Shown: piece by piece, positions 1 through 13,183 of the stretch
Numbering within the stretch: the stretch's first letter is position 1
Layout of the letters: each line of letters opens with the position of its first letter
Assembly: GCF_964204865.1 (NCBI RefSeq)
Contig: NC_135253.1
Span: 20,832,001 to 20,896,000 of the forward strand
Reading direction: 5' to 3'
Length of the DNA stretch: 64,000 nt
Source of the DNA: Styela clava
Lineage: Eukaryota
Made by a program: the position numbers and the translations under genes
The notes under the pieces: model-generated
The model's input: only the letters and a program-made list of their open reading frames with translations
Told to the model about the DNA's origin: nothing
Databases searched by the model: none

Positions 1-1038
1 GCGGGAATTCAATGGTAGATTCATTTTGGAGCATATTTTAATATCATCATTCCAACCACAAACCGAGTTTTAATTTGTCAGAGATAACAGTGTTTTTAAA
101 ACTTAATTTCCGACTTTACAAACTTAATTACATATAGAACCTTGGTTGTCACTGCTCAATAATGTATTGAGAAAAAAAAACTTGACTTTGAATATTCTAG
201 CTTTACTCATTATTCTACAATCCGGTAAGTGCATGATGAAATGCATCGACTAAATAAATGTACTTCTAGGTAAAGTTCATCTTATCAAGTCATTGGCATT
301 GATATAACTGTAACAAACCCCTTCTGAACAAAATGTTGGTGTTTTATTTCTTTCTTATCAAGTTTGCACTTTTAAGGTTGAATTTCACTATTTTATATAA
401 TATACATACGTATATGCATTGTCATTTATTAAATTATTTTGCTTCATGTCACTAAAATGGAATACTAAATTTCAGTTTTTGTGAGGTATTTCTCGTTATT
501 ATATTAGCTTTCTATCACTATTCATTATATTTATTTATGAGATAGTTGCCAATAAACAACTTTGAATTTTTTGTATGCGATTGCAAATGTTTCTTTTCCT
601 CGACATATTGTAGGTTAACTGTATTGAATAAAGTTCCATGCTTAAATTCCATGCACGTCAAACTCCTAGCTATGTACAAGAAGCCCTGACACTTCACTCT
701 TTGAACTCAAAGTTGAAAAAACTTTTTGGGTAAAAATTTTTAAAATTTTTTGTTGGGAATGGTAAGATGTTGTATATTGTGACTATTTTCATCGTTAGAA
801 TCTAAAATTCTGACTCTATGAAGTTTGAAAATACGACTCGACAGCTCTGTGTTATATGTATAGATAGCTACCTGCTTTTATTGCAATCATCTCGCCTCAC
901 CATGTCATGCTTACCTGTACAAGTTCCATGATCTATGCTTTGCAATTTTTATTCACTAACTTATATTAAAAAAGATTCATGACAGAATGTATTTGTACGA
1001 AACCAATGTGGCCAATTGTTGTTTCAAATGGAGTAGGG

Positions 1039-1347
1039 CAGGGCTACTCATATATTTTTACCGGAGATCCGCATACAAAACTTATTTTGGTCCGGTCTTT
1101 CCAGAAATTATATTTCGGCATCCTTAAACACGAATATTCTCGGCCGATTAATGATTATTAGCTAATCAAAATTGTTTATTATGGCCTTATAGTTCTTCTC
1201 ATACATATTTAATTCTATAAAAGTGATTTTTTAAACGGAAATTTCAAAAGTGGGGCTAATGATCTAAAATAAACAATTAGGCGCGGTCCGAATCGAATAC
1301 TCGAAAGATCCGGATTCGGAACGCGGTCCGCCAGTTGAGTAGGCCTG
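1039..1347. mobile_element. hAT-type MITE
   Basis: TIR cagggctactca / tgagtaggcctg; 8-bp TSD gagtaggg / gagtagga (7/8). Confidence 0.75.
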
Positions 1348-3494
1348 GAGTAGGAAATTGAGCGTGTGCTAAAATATATATAAAAGCTAGTAGGCTTGTT
1401 CCTCTTGCTTGTCTGAGATAATGTGACGGAATCTCAGTACTGTTGTGAATTGGTGTAGAATTATGTGTGCGAATCTGTGGTAGAATAATTATTCAAGAAG
1501 GATGAGTAAGAGGCTGATGCTTTTTGCTTTAAACAAGGCTCTATACACGCAGCCCTGATAGATAAAGTGCCATAATTTGAAAGACAGAATCTGTTTCTAT
1601 GAAGTGAAAACCTATTTTATCTCTCATCGTAATTTCTGTAAATTAATGGATAGGATAATACCAACAAATTCATCCCAAGAGAACAAGGGAAAAGCTGATA
1701 AAAAGGCTTGATCCTATGGCGAACCACGGCCTCTCATACGTTCCTCTGAAGTCGATGCTGATATGAGAATAGTTGGCCAGTTATTTGTTTCAGATGCATG
1801 GACTTGATGGTGGAGGAAGGCCTATGTTTCAATGAAATCCTTTTCGGTTGGAACATAGAGCGTTTTTGTGTTTATTTTTCCCGACTACAAAAGATCACAA
1901 ACTAAGTACCGTGTCTCCACGGAAATAAGAATTTTACAAATGGTTTTAATATAAGCCCCTCATCCCTAAAATAAAGAAAACCTAGTCGTTTTCTCAGTAA
2001 AAGCGTTTTATTTATAAGAAAATTGATATCGGTTTTCATATTCCGTATATGTGATAATCTAGTTATTATCTACTTTGTAATTTTGTTTTTGATAAATCAA
2101 AATAAAAGGCATCTCCGAAAAATAGGCCCTAGTGTTATTTTTCGAAAAGAACATTTGGGGAAATACAGTAGGTGTAGCACAGGGGTCTCAAAATCGCAGG
2201 ATGATGGTTTGTGGTCTCCTGATATGAAAGTTCAATGTTAGTGCGGTCCGCAAGTCACTCAGCTCAGTTAGCATAATTTTTTTATTTAATATAACATATG
2301 ATTACGTAGTCAGAACAAAATATTTTATCATTCATCCCCCGAAAGGCATAAGCGGTAACTAACCAGTACCGTACCTGTGGGCCTGATGTTCGATCGCGGA
2401 AAGCTTGAAATAAGTTAAAAATAATGTTTCATGATTTTTGACGTCACAAATATTAATTCTTAACATCTCCAGTTATTTTTATTTGTTCATTTATGTTTTC
2501 GACTTGTTTTGTGTTTAAAAGAAATTTCAGAATTATTCACATGCTCAAAGCATGTTGTAGTCTTATCAACTTCTCAAATTCAATTTGTAAAAGAATTTTT
2601 TTGCCAACTCACCTCGAATATATCCAGTGATGAGCTGGAAAATCGTATCAACCGGAACGACCCTAATTCGCAAAAATGTAATATATTTAAGTGTACTTAT
2701 GAAACAACACGACGCGGGCGTTTACAGAAATTTGTGCCTGTTTCAAGATCGAGCCGAAGAATTGCTGCAATGAAATATGAAGAAATGATCTGAAATATGT
2801 CTGTGTAAATTACAATAATATTCATAGCAACCCAATATAAATTATATTATTAGAAAGATAGAGGATGAATTTTCATGAAGTCAAAATTCAAGGAAACATC
2901 TATTACATGTTTCTACTGTCCTAATTGCGTGATGTGATGTGAAAAGAATTACGAATTATGCTGTAACAAAACATAAATTATTAACTAAGTTTACTAGAGA
3001 AACTAGACTTCTTGTACCATAATTTGATTTCAACAACAGGAACGCAAATGCAATAAAATAACCAACAACCGGAACGCCGTTCCGACTATATCCCACCACT
3101 GGGTTTATTCTTTTCTATCAGATAATTCCATTGTTTTTACTCAGAGTAACGACTACGAGTAATATGATATGGTAATTAAGCGAGGTGGTGGCTCAAAGCC
3201 CATATGAAAAAATATATTTTTCTCAGAGCGAAATTCCCCCACAAACTGTATTGAAGCCATGAAAAAAATTCCATACTCCCTGACGACGTATTTGGGTAAT
3301 TTATACCCAAGCGAAATCGTGTTTTTTAATACTGACACATTTAGAAAACACTCGAGAGCCAGAAATCGCCTTAGTCCTGATATATATAACTGCTAAACGT
3401 GTAGGCTCAAACTACACAATACCATCACAGGACTAAAAAACTTGTTATAGACAACAGTTTCACGATGATTTGATGGCGATAAAATAGAATTTAC

Positions 3495-3650
3495 TTATTT
3501 ATTTCGGGGGAGGGAAAGCCAATAATACGGCTCAGTCGTATGGCGAACCACGGGTTTGCGTCCGTCTCAAAATCATGTCGAGTGTGAGATTAGTTAGCCA
3601 GTTATTTGTTTCACCTGCGTATGCTTGGTGGTAGAAGAAGCCATTTTTGT
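3495..3650 (+). repeat. Dispersed repeat family F (also about 1685-1825 +, 15320-15480 -, 17390-17530 +)
   Basis: Shared ggaaagcc..taagacgg, tatggcgaaccacgg and gattagttagccagttatttgtt blocks; no TIRs seen; class undetermined (SINE-like fragment possible). Confidence 0.75.
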
Positions 3651-4619
3651 CCAAAGGTTCCACGCACTAGTTTCCACAAATATTGAGCCATCAATGTGGC
3701 ATTACATCTGCGAGTCTTTCTTTTTTCCAGAGGACACATTTCAATTTTATTGCCGAAGCCAAGAGAGGGCGGTAGAGAACCACCTAAAAAAAGCATTAAT
3801 TGCACGAAGTCGCCGATATTCGATCAAAAGCTGTTATTTTCGGTTAAATAGTATTTTGCGACACAAAATGACATAGATAATAGAAGTATACAATGCCCGA
3901 CTGCCAATATAGTATAAAAAGCACATATTAATTAAAAATGACTTACCATATATATATCAACAACAATGAAAACAGACAACCAAACAGCTCAGCACAAAAA
4001 CGCAACCCGACTTACCTATGGGGCACAAGTGTTCTTATGAAGTCAGTTCTCAATATATTTCATCCAGGTTTGTTTTATTCTGATCAGTGTTCAATTAAGT
4101 CTTTCCCTTCATTCAGTACATCTGTGAGGTACAACAAACTATATGTAGTATCAATATATCCACCTTGAAATTCAATTTTCAACAAATTCAGAAACATCAG
4201 GATGCAATATGATAGTGCATTGATCTCGTATGACTTTTAAATCTTTTTGAATATTATTTTTCTAAACTTCTATAACCAATTAATTCAATTACAAAGCGAT
4301 AATTACCGGGCAATATCCCGAAGGAGATAATTAATTTACATTCTGCCGTTTATGTAATCGCTTTCACAACTATGACGAAATAAGTGCGACCCACGTGTGT
4401 TATTCGCGCCTTTTTATCGCTTCAAAGATCCCGATGTCACTAAAATCAGCAAGGTGTATTGTATCGCATTCCGTGAGCAGACACCGTTGTTTTATTACTT
4501 CCAATTTATACAATAGCGATGTAAGTTAGGTGACGAAATGTGTATTGAATTTCACGCGCGATAAATAAAATATTTACGTACCAGAATACTTCACTTTATC
4601 AGCGTAAATGAAGCAATAT

Positions 4620-5560
4620 CTTCCGCAGGATTTTTTTTTATGTTGGTTAGCTTGTAGCTTGAATTCGTCTTATAGGACAGGACTATGCAGCTCGATACAG
4701 GAGACAGGTGTTGAGACGGCGAATCAGACTGCGGACTACGCAATTAGATTGTCAGTTATCCTTAGACGCATGGACTTATTGTTATTTGTAGCTTGATTAT
4801 TTCTTAAGATTGAATATAGGGCTTTTCATCCCGATGCAGGAGACAAGCGATGAAACGGTGTATGACATTGCGGGCCACGGTCTTGTCGTTAGATATATTC
4901 AAATGCATATAACTATCGTTGCTTACATCGTGAACGAGTCTTATAGGATAGAATAATGCTTTTTATCCCGATTCAAGAGACAGACAATAAATCGGCCTTT
5001 CGTCCAAGTACCGAGAAATAGATTTTAATTTCATATTTTCGAATGTATGAACCTGATGCTGCTTGTGAGTTGAATATGTACAGGATAGTGATTTCTATTC
5101 CGATATAGAGGACAATAAAACGGCAAATTTAATTGCGGACCACAGTCATTCGTCTAATTCTAATAGACAAGGGAAAAGATTTTCGGTTATACTTTGGCGC
5201 ATAGACTTGTTACGTTCAGCTCGAATATGTCTTAGCATAGGATAGGGTTTTTCACCTCGATACAGGAGACAGACGATAAGATGGTGAAACATATCTATAT
5301 ATTATACTACTTTTCATACCAGTTCAAAAGACAGACAAGAAAACGTCGAATCAGATTACGGGCTTCTCGTCTAATAGTCAAGGGATTAATATAGATTGCC
5401 CGTTATCCTCAGACGCATCGTCCCTGTTGTTGGTTGCAGCTTGAATATGTATTAGGATAGGGAGGACGTCTCATCTCAGAGACAGACGATAAAATGAGGT
5501 ATGTGATTGTGTGAGCCATGGCGTCTCATTCTATAACTATTAGCTTGTCGGTTATCTCCA
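4620..5560. repeat. Degenerate tandem repeat, about 7 units of roughly 120-150 bp
   Basis: Recurrent gcttgaat..ataggata..ccgatacaggagacagac..gattgcgg motif series near 4660, 4790, 4930, 5065, 5220, 5320 and 5440. Confidence 0.75.
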
Positions 5561-5736
5561 GACGTTGGAGTTATCGTTATCTAGCATTCCCCTCTCTGGA
5601 GTTTGGAATTTCCTATTAATATTATACTTTACAAACCTATTAGCTTGTCGGTTATCTCCAGACGTTGGAGTTATCGTTATCTAGCATTCCCCTCTCTGGA
5701 GTTTGGAATTTCCTATTAATATTATACTTTACAAAC
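5537..5736. repeat. Perfect 100-bp tandem duplication
   Basis: 5537-5636 is identical to 5637-5736. Confidence 0.95.
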
Positions 5737-5865
5737 ATGGTCTCCTAAGTCTTTAACAAGTAATTTAGTCGTTGCAAAATTATGCTACGTACCTGAGCAA
5801 GAATGTCTTCCGGTACCTAGCTTCGTTTGTAGCAATATAAATATATATGAGAAGGATTGAATTAT

Positions 5866-5977
5866 GGCGCTCCCGTAGTATTCGTACAAAGATGGCGCAC
5901 AACCTGCCAATTCTAACCTGGTACACATACTATATTCAGGTTGTTTGCTATCTTGGTACGAATACTACGAAAGCAGC
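5866..5977. mobile_element. GG-terminated hairpin MITE, family B (short form)
   Basis: ggcgctcccgtagtattcgtac...gtacgaatactacg palindrome; similar copies at 18828, 22157, 27605 and 56739. Confidence 0.85.
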
Positions 5978-6889
5978 TAAATTAGTTATTACGATCACAT
6001 GATTTCAAAAAGATAGGAAGGACTTTAGATACTTTTTCATTTTTTTGATTTATTTGTTATCATATTATGTTAGGCCCTTGCGCATGTGGCTTCTTGTTGT
6101 CACTTAGTGAGCTCGATCAAACCAACAAACAAAAATTTCGTTTAGATCAGTCTTATTTATTGTAGAAGATAGTGAATTTTGTATAAAATTTTTTGTGTCG
6201 CTACCTATTCTCAATCTCCAGAGTGTATTTTCAGTGTGATAATAAAAATAGGAGAGAATTTTGATACTTATCCCGGAGGAGAGGAAAGGTACGGCAACAC
6301 TAAATAAACTAATCATTGCTCATCTCTAATTAACGTTAACTTAATAGTTCTTAATTGATGTTACCTAAATGATGAGCACGGAGTCCTTCGCTGATCTTAG
6401 TTTTCAGTTTGTCAAATCCAACATCAGTTTTTTAAGCAAGGCCCAAATATTAAAATGAAAAAGGTTTTAAGATCCAACAATTTTATTTTGAATTTTAAAT
6501 TTAACCACGCAATAAACTTATTAAGGGACATTTAATTCGTTTAGTTAACATATATGATCGCTTGATATATGAATGAGAGTCATTTGGCAAAAAAGTTATA
6601 TGCACTGTTGAATTTATAGAACGTATATGTGTATTTAAAATTTATTGGAAGCTCACTATTGAATATGCTCGGTTTTCTATGATTCAACCGCGCCTACAGT
6701 CTGCCGACCACTAGTCTAGTCGGGGCCCAGTTACGATGTGGTGTAATTTAAATATAGTCTGTAAAATTTTCAACAACCCAATTTTAATGGTTGGTACAAA
6801 ACAACAGTTCTTAAAGACTTTTGTTCTATACCTTTGAACTCCGACGTTATAAATTGTTTTGTTCTCTTCAGTTTCGAAAAATAGATGGC

Positions 6890-8030
6890 CTGGAACTATA
6901 CATACTAATACGACCATATCATTTATTTACTTGAACGTCGGCACATTTAAAGTTTTACAAGTACGAGATGACAAATATTATGGTTATTCAATTGCGTGTG
7001 TACAAATTTAATTTGTTCTGGCGCGCCAGTCTGTATGTAAATGAATCGCCTTTTCCTTTAAAGTGGTTTCATATCTGTTAGGTATCTCAGTTGGCATATC
7101 GGGACATTACCAAGTTCTGTAGTCGTTATAAAAATATGTTATGGGGCAACAGGCCAACTGACATAAATGGAAAGACTTAGATCGTTGCGAAATAACTGCG
7201 ACTTACAGTACGTGAGTACTCCTTATGCGAAGTTCGTAGTAAAATTTAAAATATCTTAAGCAACGACTCTTTCTTTAAATCTATTTTAATCCTTCTCTCT
7301 TATATATAAACTTATCTTAGTAAAATTGAACTATGCTTGTTAAATATATGGAATGCGGATTGTGTAACGTTAGTGTAGTTACGGTAATATAAATTTCGCT
7401 ATCCCACTCCTATGTCTATACAACGCTAACTAGCGCCTTCGCTCAGAACAAGAACCTGTGCAGGTAACTAGATAATAATATGGAACTATATATACTAATT
7501 AGGCCATATCATTTATTTACTTGGACGTCGGCACATCTGAAACCGATCAAGTTTCTCAAGTAAGAAATCGAGTGAAACTATACATACTAACACAGCCGTA
7601 ACATTTATTCACTTGAACGTCGGCAAATCTAAAACCGTTTTACAAGTACGAGATTACAAATATTATGTTTATTCAATTGCGTGTGTACAAATTTTGTTTG
7701 TTCTGGCGCGCCAGGCTGTATGTAAATAAATTGTTCTTTCGTTTAAAGTGGTTTCATACCTGTTAGGTATCTAAGTTGGCATATTGGCACAATCTGGATA
7801 TTAGCAAGTCGTTATAAAAATATGTTTTGGGGCCATGGGCCAACTGACCTAAATGGATCAACTCAGATCGATGCAATTATTGCCGGCCTACAGTGCGTGA
7901 GTGCTCTTTATTCAGAGCAAAATTTGAAGCATCTCAAGCAACGACTCTTTCCTAAAATCTATCTTGATTCTTCCTTTTTATATATAAATTGCTCTTGGTC
8001 GAATAGCACTATACTTGTTAATATATGAGA
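6890..8030. repeat. Diverged tandem duplication (about 460-bp unit, head segment in three copies)
   Basis: 6891-7350 aligns with 7574-8030; the head gaactata.atactaa...acgtcggca also occurs at 7481. Confidence 0.85.
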
Positions 8031-8139
8031 GGCGGGGTGAAACACATTGGAGCAGTTCTTTCAGATCGCCCACACTGGCGTAGGTCATGCCACTAAAGTC
8101 TCACCCTTTGTTTATACAACGCTTCAGGATGATTTAACC

Positions 8140-8558
8140 CAGGGGTCGGCAACCTACGGCCCGCAGGCCGGATACGGAGCTCTATAATCCGGCCCACGAC
8201 GCTTCACTAAATTATAGTAACAAAATATTCGTTTTGACGAATATATTCTTTAGACTAAATTATATTATAACCTAACAATTATAGAATTCACAATTACTCG
8301 TTTAATGAGCATATAATTTAATTATAATTAAGCAAATGGCAACAAAACGCAGAAAAGCTGAAAACATTCAAATGGAATTTTATGAGATGCAATGTTGAAA
8401 TAAATTTATATTCTATTCAAGAGATGTATCACTGCTTGATTTTCCTTATAAAAAGTACCATCCGATCGAATTTCCAACTTTCTAAAAATATGTGCGGCCC
8501 GCTAATGACTTGCAAACTTAATTCTGGTCCACGAGCTACAAAAGGTTGCCGACCCCTG
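8140..8558. mobile_element. hAT (Charlie-like) MITE, same family as 11038-11485
   Basis: TIR caggggtcggcaacc / ggttgccgacccctg; TSD atttaacc / agttaagc (6/8); colinear with the 11038 copy. Confidence 0.85.
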
Positions 8559-9660
8559 AGTTAAGCACTAGTTAAAGTTGAGGAATAAATGTTCACAGTT
8601 TGCTCAAGAATAGAAAAATGATCCTTCCCATGTAGTAATAAAGAACTAAGAAATATAACTAATACTACAGAATATACAATATTCCTTCCCAAGAACGACA
8701 AAATACCTTCCAGGTTGTTAAAAAGGATGTGATATTTGATTATTCGTTCATATTAGGTTTAAACGATGTGATTTCAGTCTTTTCGATATTTTTGCAATGT
8801 AATTCCTTTACGTTTATGTTTTATACGTATTTCACTCCGAAGAAGGCAATTGTTTGACAAATAATTACTGCTCTTGCCAACCCAATTCATTTCACTCCGG
8901 ATGAAATCGCGTGCATGAGATTTGGTCTGCAATAGTAGCATTGCTGAGCGCATATACTACAATGTCATGACGCCCACCTTTGCTGCAATTAGTAACGATT
9001 GGTGACACACATTCGATATACACATAGGACGCACGTATATGATGTATTTTTAAGGGGTCATATAGGGTTGGATTACGTGATTCATTACTGTCCTTCCTGT
9101 TTGACCTTTCCTACTCTCTAATCATATTGTGCTGTCATAAAAAAGGTATTTTCATATATTCTCTCCATGTCCGGTGATTAGAACTCCTATTTCACAGCTT
9201 CACCTCAATAGGACATGTTCTGGCTCTGGTTTAATGGGAGTTTTATCACCATGTTGAGTGAGACTTATGTATTCAAATACTTTTAATAGTTCATGCATAT
9301 AGTGTGCATGTAATTTGGATTACTCGGAATTCGGGTGACGCAATGGCTTAGAGAGAATAGTTAAAGCGTTCGATCTGAACCAGGGCTTCCCAAACTGGGG
9401 GTCACGACCCGACACTGCGACGCCTGACGAGTTTTATGAGTCTCCAAGTGTTCAGCGATTTCACACAGAGTACGATATCTATTGTACTTTTTTATACTTT
9501 TGATTCGAAACTCATATTAAAACTAGTGCAAAACATAAATTTCACAATTTCGAGAGAATACATAGAATGCGCGCTTGCAAAATGGTGCCGACTTAAGAGG
9601 GGTCGTATGCCTATAATGCAAGGGTGCTGTAGCAAGAGTAAAGATAACTATCCTAAGTTA

Positions 9661-9899
9661 TTGAAGAGTCTTGCTGACAATAACACAAATGTATTTCTGT
9701 AACGTTTCGTTTGAATAAGGTCAGACTTCCTCAGACATACATAGTTCATGCGTAACTTCCATAGTTTCACACTGATTGTTTTTGCATGCAACCTCATTTC
9801 TTGTTATAGTTGAACTATGTATGTCTGGGGCAGTCTGACCTAGGCCAGACGAAACGTTACAGAAATATACTTGTGTTGGTGTGCAGCAGGACTCTTCAA
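9661..9899. repeat. Fold-back (long imperfect inverted repeat)
   Basis: 9661-9757 is the reverse complement of 9803-9899 with mismatches; related sequence at about 20470-20610 and 29020-29160. Confidence 0.8.
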
Positions 9900-10225
9900 T
9901 CACACAGGATTGTTTAGGTATTTGGTATTATGGTAATGTGTATTTATGGATGTATACGGTATTACAAACTATCCAAACTGCGCAAAAATCACGTTGCCCA
10001 AGAATCCCTTAATAATCGAATAATTAACTGAAACTTAGTTTTTATGCGTAGTGGTGATGGGATAATATTATTCAAAATAGACAAAGGGAAGAGTTTATTG
10101 AAAAAGTTTGGAAACCACTGATGAAAAGTGACTGCATTTGAAATTTTGAATGGCAAATAATCTATTAATATGTCTTGCAAATAATACGCAATATATTCTA
10201 AACTGAAAGAAACACCAAAATCACC

Positions 10226-10443
10226 GGCGCTTTAGAAGTTTGTGTACCAACTACCAATATGGCGGTAACTAATCTTGTTCGCCTATTTTACATCAAGTTG
10301 TGTAAAGGGACCGAAACCAATGGGCAGGGGTATATTCATTTGGCTAACACAGACAGTCCACGAACTCGAAAAAGAACTAAAATATGAAAAAAAAAAAAAG
10401 GAATAAAAATATAGCCTAACCCTAACCTGGTACACGTACTACG
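10226..10443 (+). mobile_element. Family A dispersed element (about 215 bp, shares termini with family B)
   Basis: Colinear with copies at 12964, 19277, 29598, 32620, 38192 and 54606. Confidence 0.85.
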
Positions 10444-11037
10444 TACACGTATTACGGTCTTATCGAGTAGAAGTAAGACACAGATTCTGAAATAAATTAA
10501 AAAATATCGTATTTTACAAAATTAAATAATAATAAAAAATGACATTTTTGACATCGAAATTCGGAATTTCAAGAATATTATACCGCCGTGATGTCTCTTG
10601 TTGCAGCGTAAATGTCGTATTAATGTATTTTCGCCTCTTTAGGGAGCGAGATAGTAAATAATAACGTGGAATCGTTAACTTTCAACAATATTCAGAAGGT
10701 TCGCTCGCATATTTCAGTAATAACAGTCGCTGCCACTTTGGTATGCGATCTCGGCGTCGTAATACTACTTTGACCGTCTTTGCTACTGCTACGTTTAATT
10801 ACTGCTAAATACAAACTAATTTTACAACTTTTTTTATTATTGAACAACAGGCAGTAAGTGACAATTAATAATCGCAAGCGGATCATGATGGACTCCGATT
10901 TTAAACGCCCTCGTTTGCGGTAATCTCTCAAGAGAATTTAGCTGTTTGGTTCTTGACCTAACAATGTTTTAGTTTAGCATTGTGTACTCTATAGTAAGTA
11001 TAGTATAGTAGTATACATAGTAATGCATACTGTAATG

Positions 11038-11485
11038 CAGGGGTCGGCAACTCGCGGGCCGGATCCGTCCCGCGGAGCACTATAATCAGGCCCGCGACGC
11101 TTCACTAAATTTTGGTAACAAAACATCCGTTTTGCCAAACATTTTTTATACTAAATTATACTATAACCTAACAATTATATATTTCGCAATTACTCGTTTA
11201 ATGAGAATATAATTTAATTATAATTAAGCAAATGGCAACAAAACGCAGAAAAGTTGATGCTGAGTGCAAAGGGTTCAACGGCGATGAAAATATTCAAATA
11301 GAATTTTATGAGATGCAATGAGGAAATAAATCTATATTCTATTCAAGAGATGTATCACTGCTTGATTTTTATTATAAAAAGCGCCATCCGTTCGGTTTTT
11401 TGAACTTTCTAAAAATATGTGCGGCCCACCAATGACTTTCAACCTTAATTTTGGCCCACGAGCGACAAAAGGTTGCCGACCCCTG
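11038..11485. mobile_element. hAT (Charlie-like) MITE
   Basis: TIR caggggtcggcaac / gttgccgacccctg; perfect 8-bp TSD ctgtaatg. It retains a remnant (atggcaacaaaacgcagaaaagttgatgctgagtgc = MATKRRKVDAEC) resembling a SPIN-type transposase N-terminus. Confidence 0.9.
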
Positions 11486-11824
11486 CTGTAATGTATAGTG
11501 TAAAGAATGGATACAGGAGAGAATTACAGCAGAGAATTTAGTGTAAAGAAAGCCAGTCCGCCAAGTCTTATAGTGTCACCCTTGTCAACACTCAATTTTT
11601 TTCCCATCAAGAATAAAATCCGATTTCGACAGTTTAAGTTTAAAAAGTTGATCACATGGGTAAAAATACATAGTGCTTTTTGATCTTGATGCTGTGTTAA
11701 TCCTTTCGCCTCATATTACTACGGGGCTAAGCAATAGCCGCACTCTCTTCTCCTGCCTTTCCCACATTGATTACCTAATTTTTTTTTTTCGTGGTCCGGC
11801 GAGATGTCTGAAGTTAGTTATATG

Positions 11825-12479
11825 TAGGCTCAACATACGTCCCGCTTTAGGCGGGACAGTCCCGCTTTTTAGCGTCTTGTCCCGCCGTCCCGACAAGTCA
11901 GCCAAAAGTCCCGCTTTGGCGTTCAGCTAACCAGCATAATACACGAACATATTCTCGTTACTGTTGTTGCTGTGTAGCGCAACGCTAGCCTACTTACTGT
12001 AGGTGAATGCGTTATTTTTTTTGTTTCGTTGTTTCCCGCTAACATTGTTAGCGAACGCATCACATGTAAAATCAATTCTATTTGGTCCTGTTCGGACGTT
12101 CACGTGAATGTAACATTGAACAACGTCTTTTTGACGATATTATCTGCAGAAAAGCATGCGAATAAAAAAATTCTCAATGCTTGAAAACGGCAGACTATAT
12201 CATTACTCTTTATTCTTTTGCTGTACATAAAAATCTAAATTCGGATCATTTATATCGTTAGCGTATACACCTTTCTATTTTTCGAACTGAACCCGATATT
12301 TAGACAGAGAATATGCGCATAAACTCTCGAAGACAATATGGTCAATGAAGACAGCCGGGATGGCTTTAAATGTAGGCCCATGTAGTAAAATCGGAAAATG
12401 TAAAGATACAGGATCGCAGCTAAGGGGTCGTGTCTTTGGAGGCGTCCCGCTTTGTAGTCAAAAAAATATGGTAACCCTA
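11825..12479. mobile_element. hAT non-autonomous element with TAGG(G) ends (Blackjack/Ac-like)
   Basis: Ends taggctcaacata / tatggtaacccta, subterminal gtcccg repeats at both ends, perfect 8-bp TSD gttatatg. Confidence 0.85.
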
Positions 12480-12963
12480 GTTATATGTATAGTGTATAAA
12501 TGTACTGCATAGTATAGTAATGTATGGTGTACAGCTGAAAAGGCAAAGGTAAATCGAAGTATTCTGGAATGGCTCGCAACCCCCAACAACCCCCTTTTGA
12601 AATATAAAAAAAAATTCTTCCGTATCACACATAGCAATGTTTTGTGGCTTGATACGTTTTTTAGACTCTCAAAACTCTTGAAAACCCTGTTAGCTGTTTC
12701 GGTCTAATTGGCAATTATAAAATTCAGATCTCGCTCCTTTTCTTTTACTTCTTCTTGTGTCATGATAGTTTAGCAGGGGTATGCAACTTTTTTTGTCGAT
12801 TGGCCATATAACCAACTTGGCAACAAGCACATAATGGCTTGGCTTAGTGTTTGCTCGTATAGAGCCGTGTTCGGAGCCATAGACATAGAAAGAGTGGAGG
12901 TATGAAAATATTTCTCAAAAACTCTATTTAATAGCCAACGTTGATATGAGATGTACACTGCAC

Positions 12964-13183
12964 GGCGCTCCAGAAGTGTGTGTACCAATATGGAGGTATA
13001 TACTATATTTGTTCGCCTACTTTACATCAAGTTGTGTAAAGGGACTGAAACCTATGGGCAGGGGCATATTCACTTGGCTAACACACACACAAATTCCCCG
13101 AGCTTGTAATAAAACTAAAATAAGGAAAATCGGAATAAAATTATGGCCTAACCGTAATCTGGTACACACACTGCGGGAGTATC
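12964..13183 (+). mobile_element. Family A element
   Basis: ggcgctccagaagtgtgtgtacca ... tggtacacacactgcgggagtatc imperfect TIRs. Confidence 0.88.

Noticed and set aside
4620-5560. CRISPR-like repeat-spacer array
   Set aside because: The units are diverged along their whole length with no unique spacers; the context is eukaryotic and there are no cas genes.
9330-9380. tRNA/SINE-like segment (tggcttag...gttcgatc)
   Set aside because: Box spacing and pairing do not give a cloverleaf; insufficient support.
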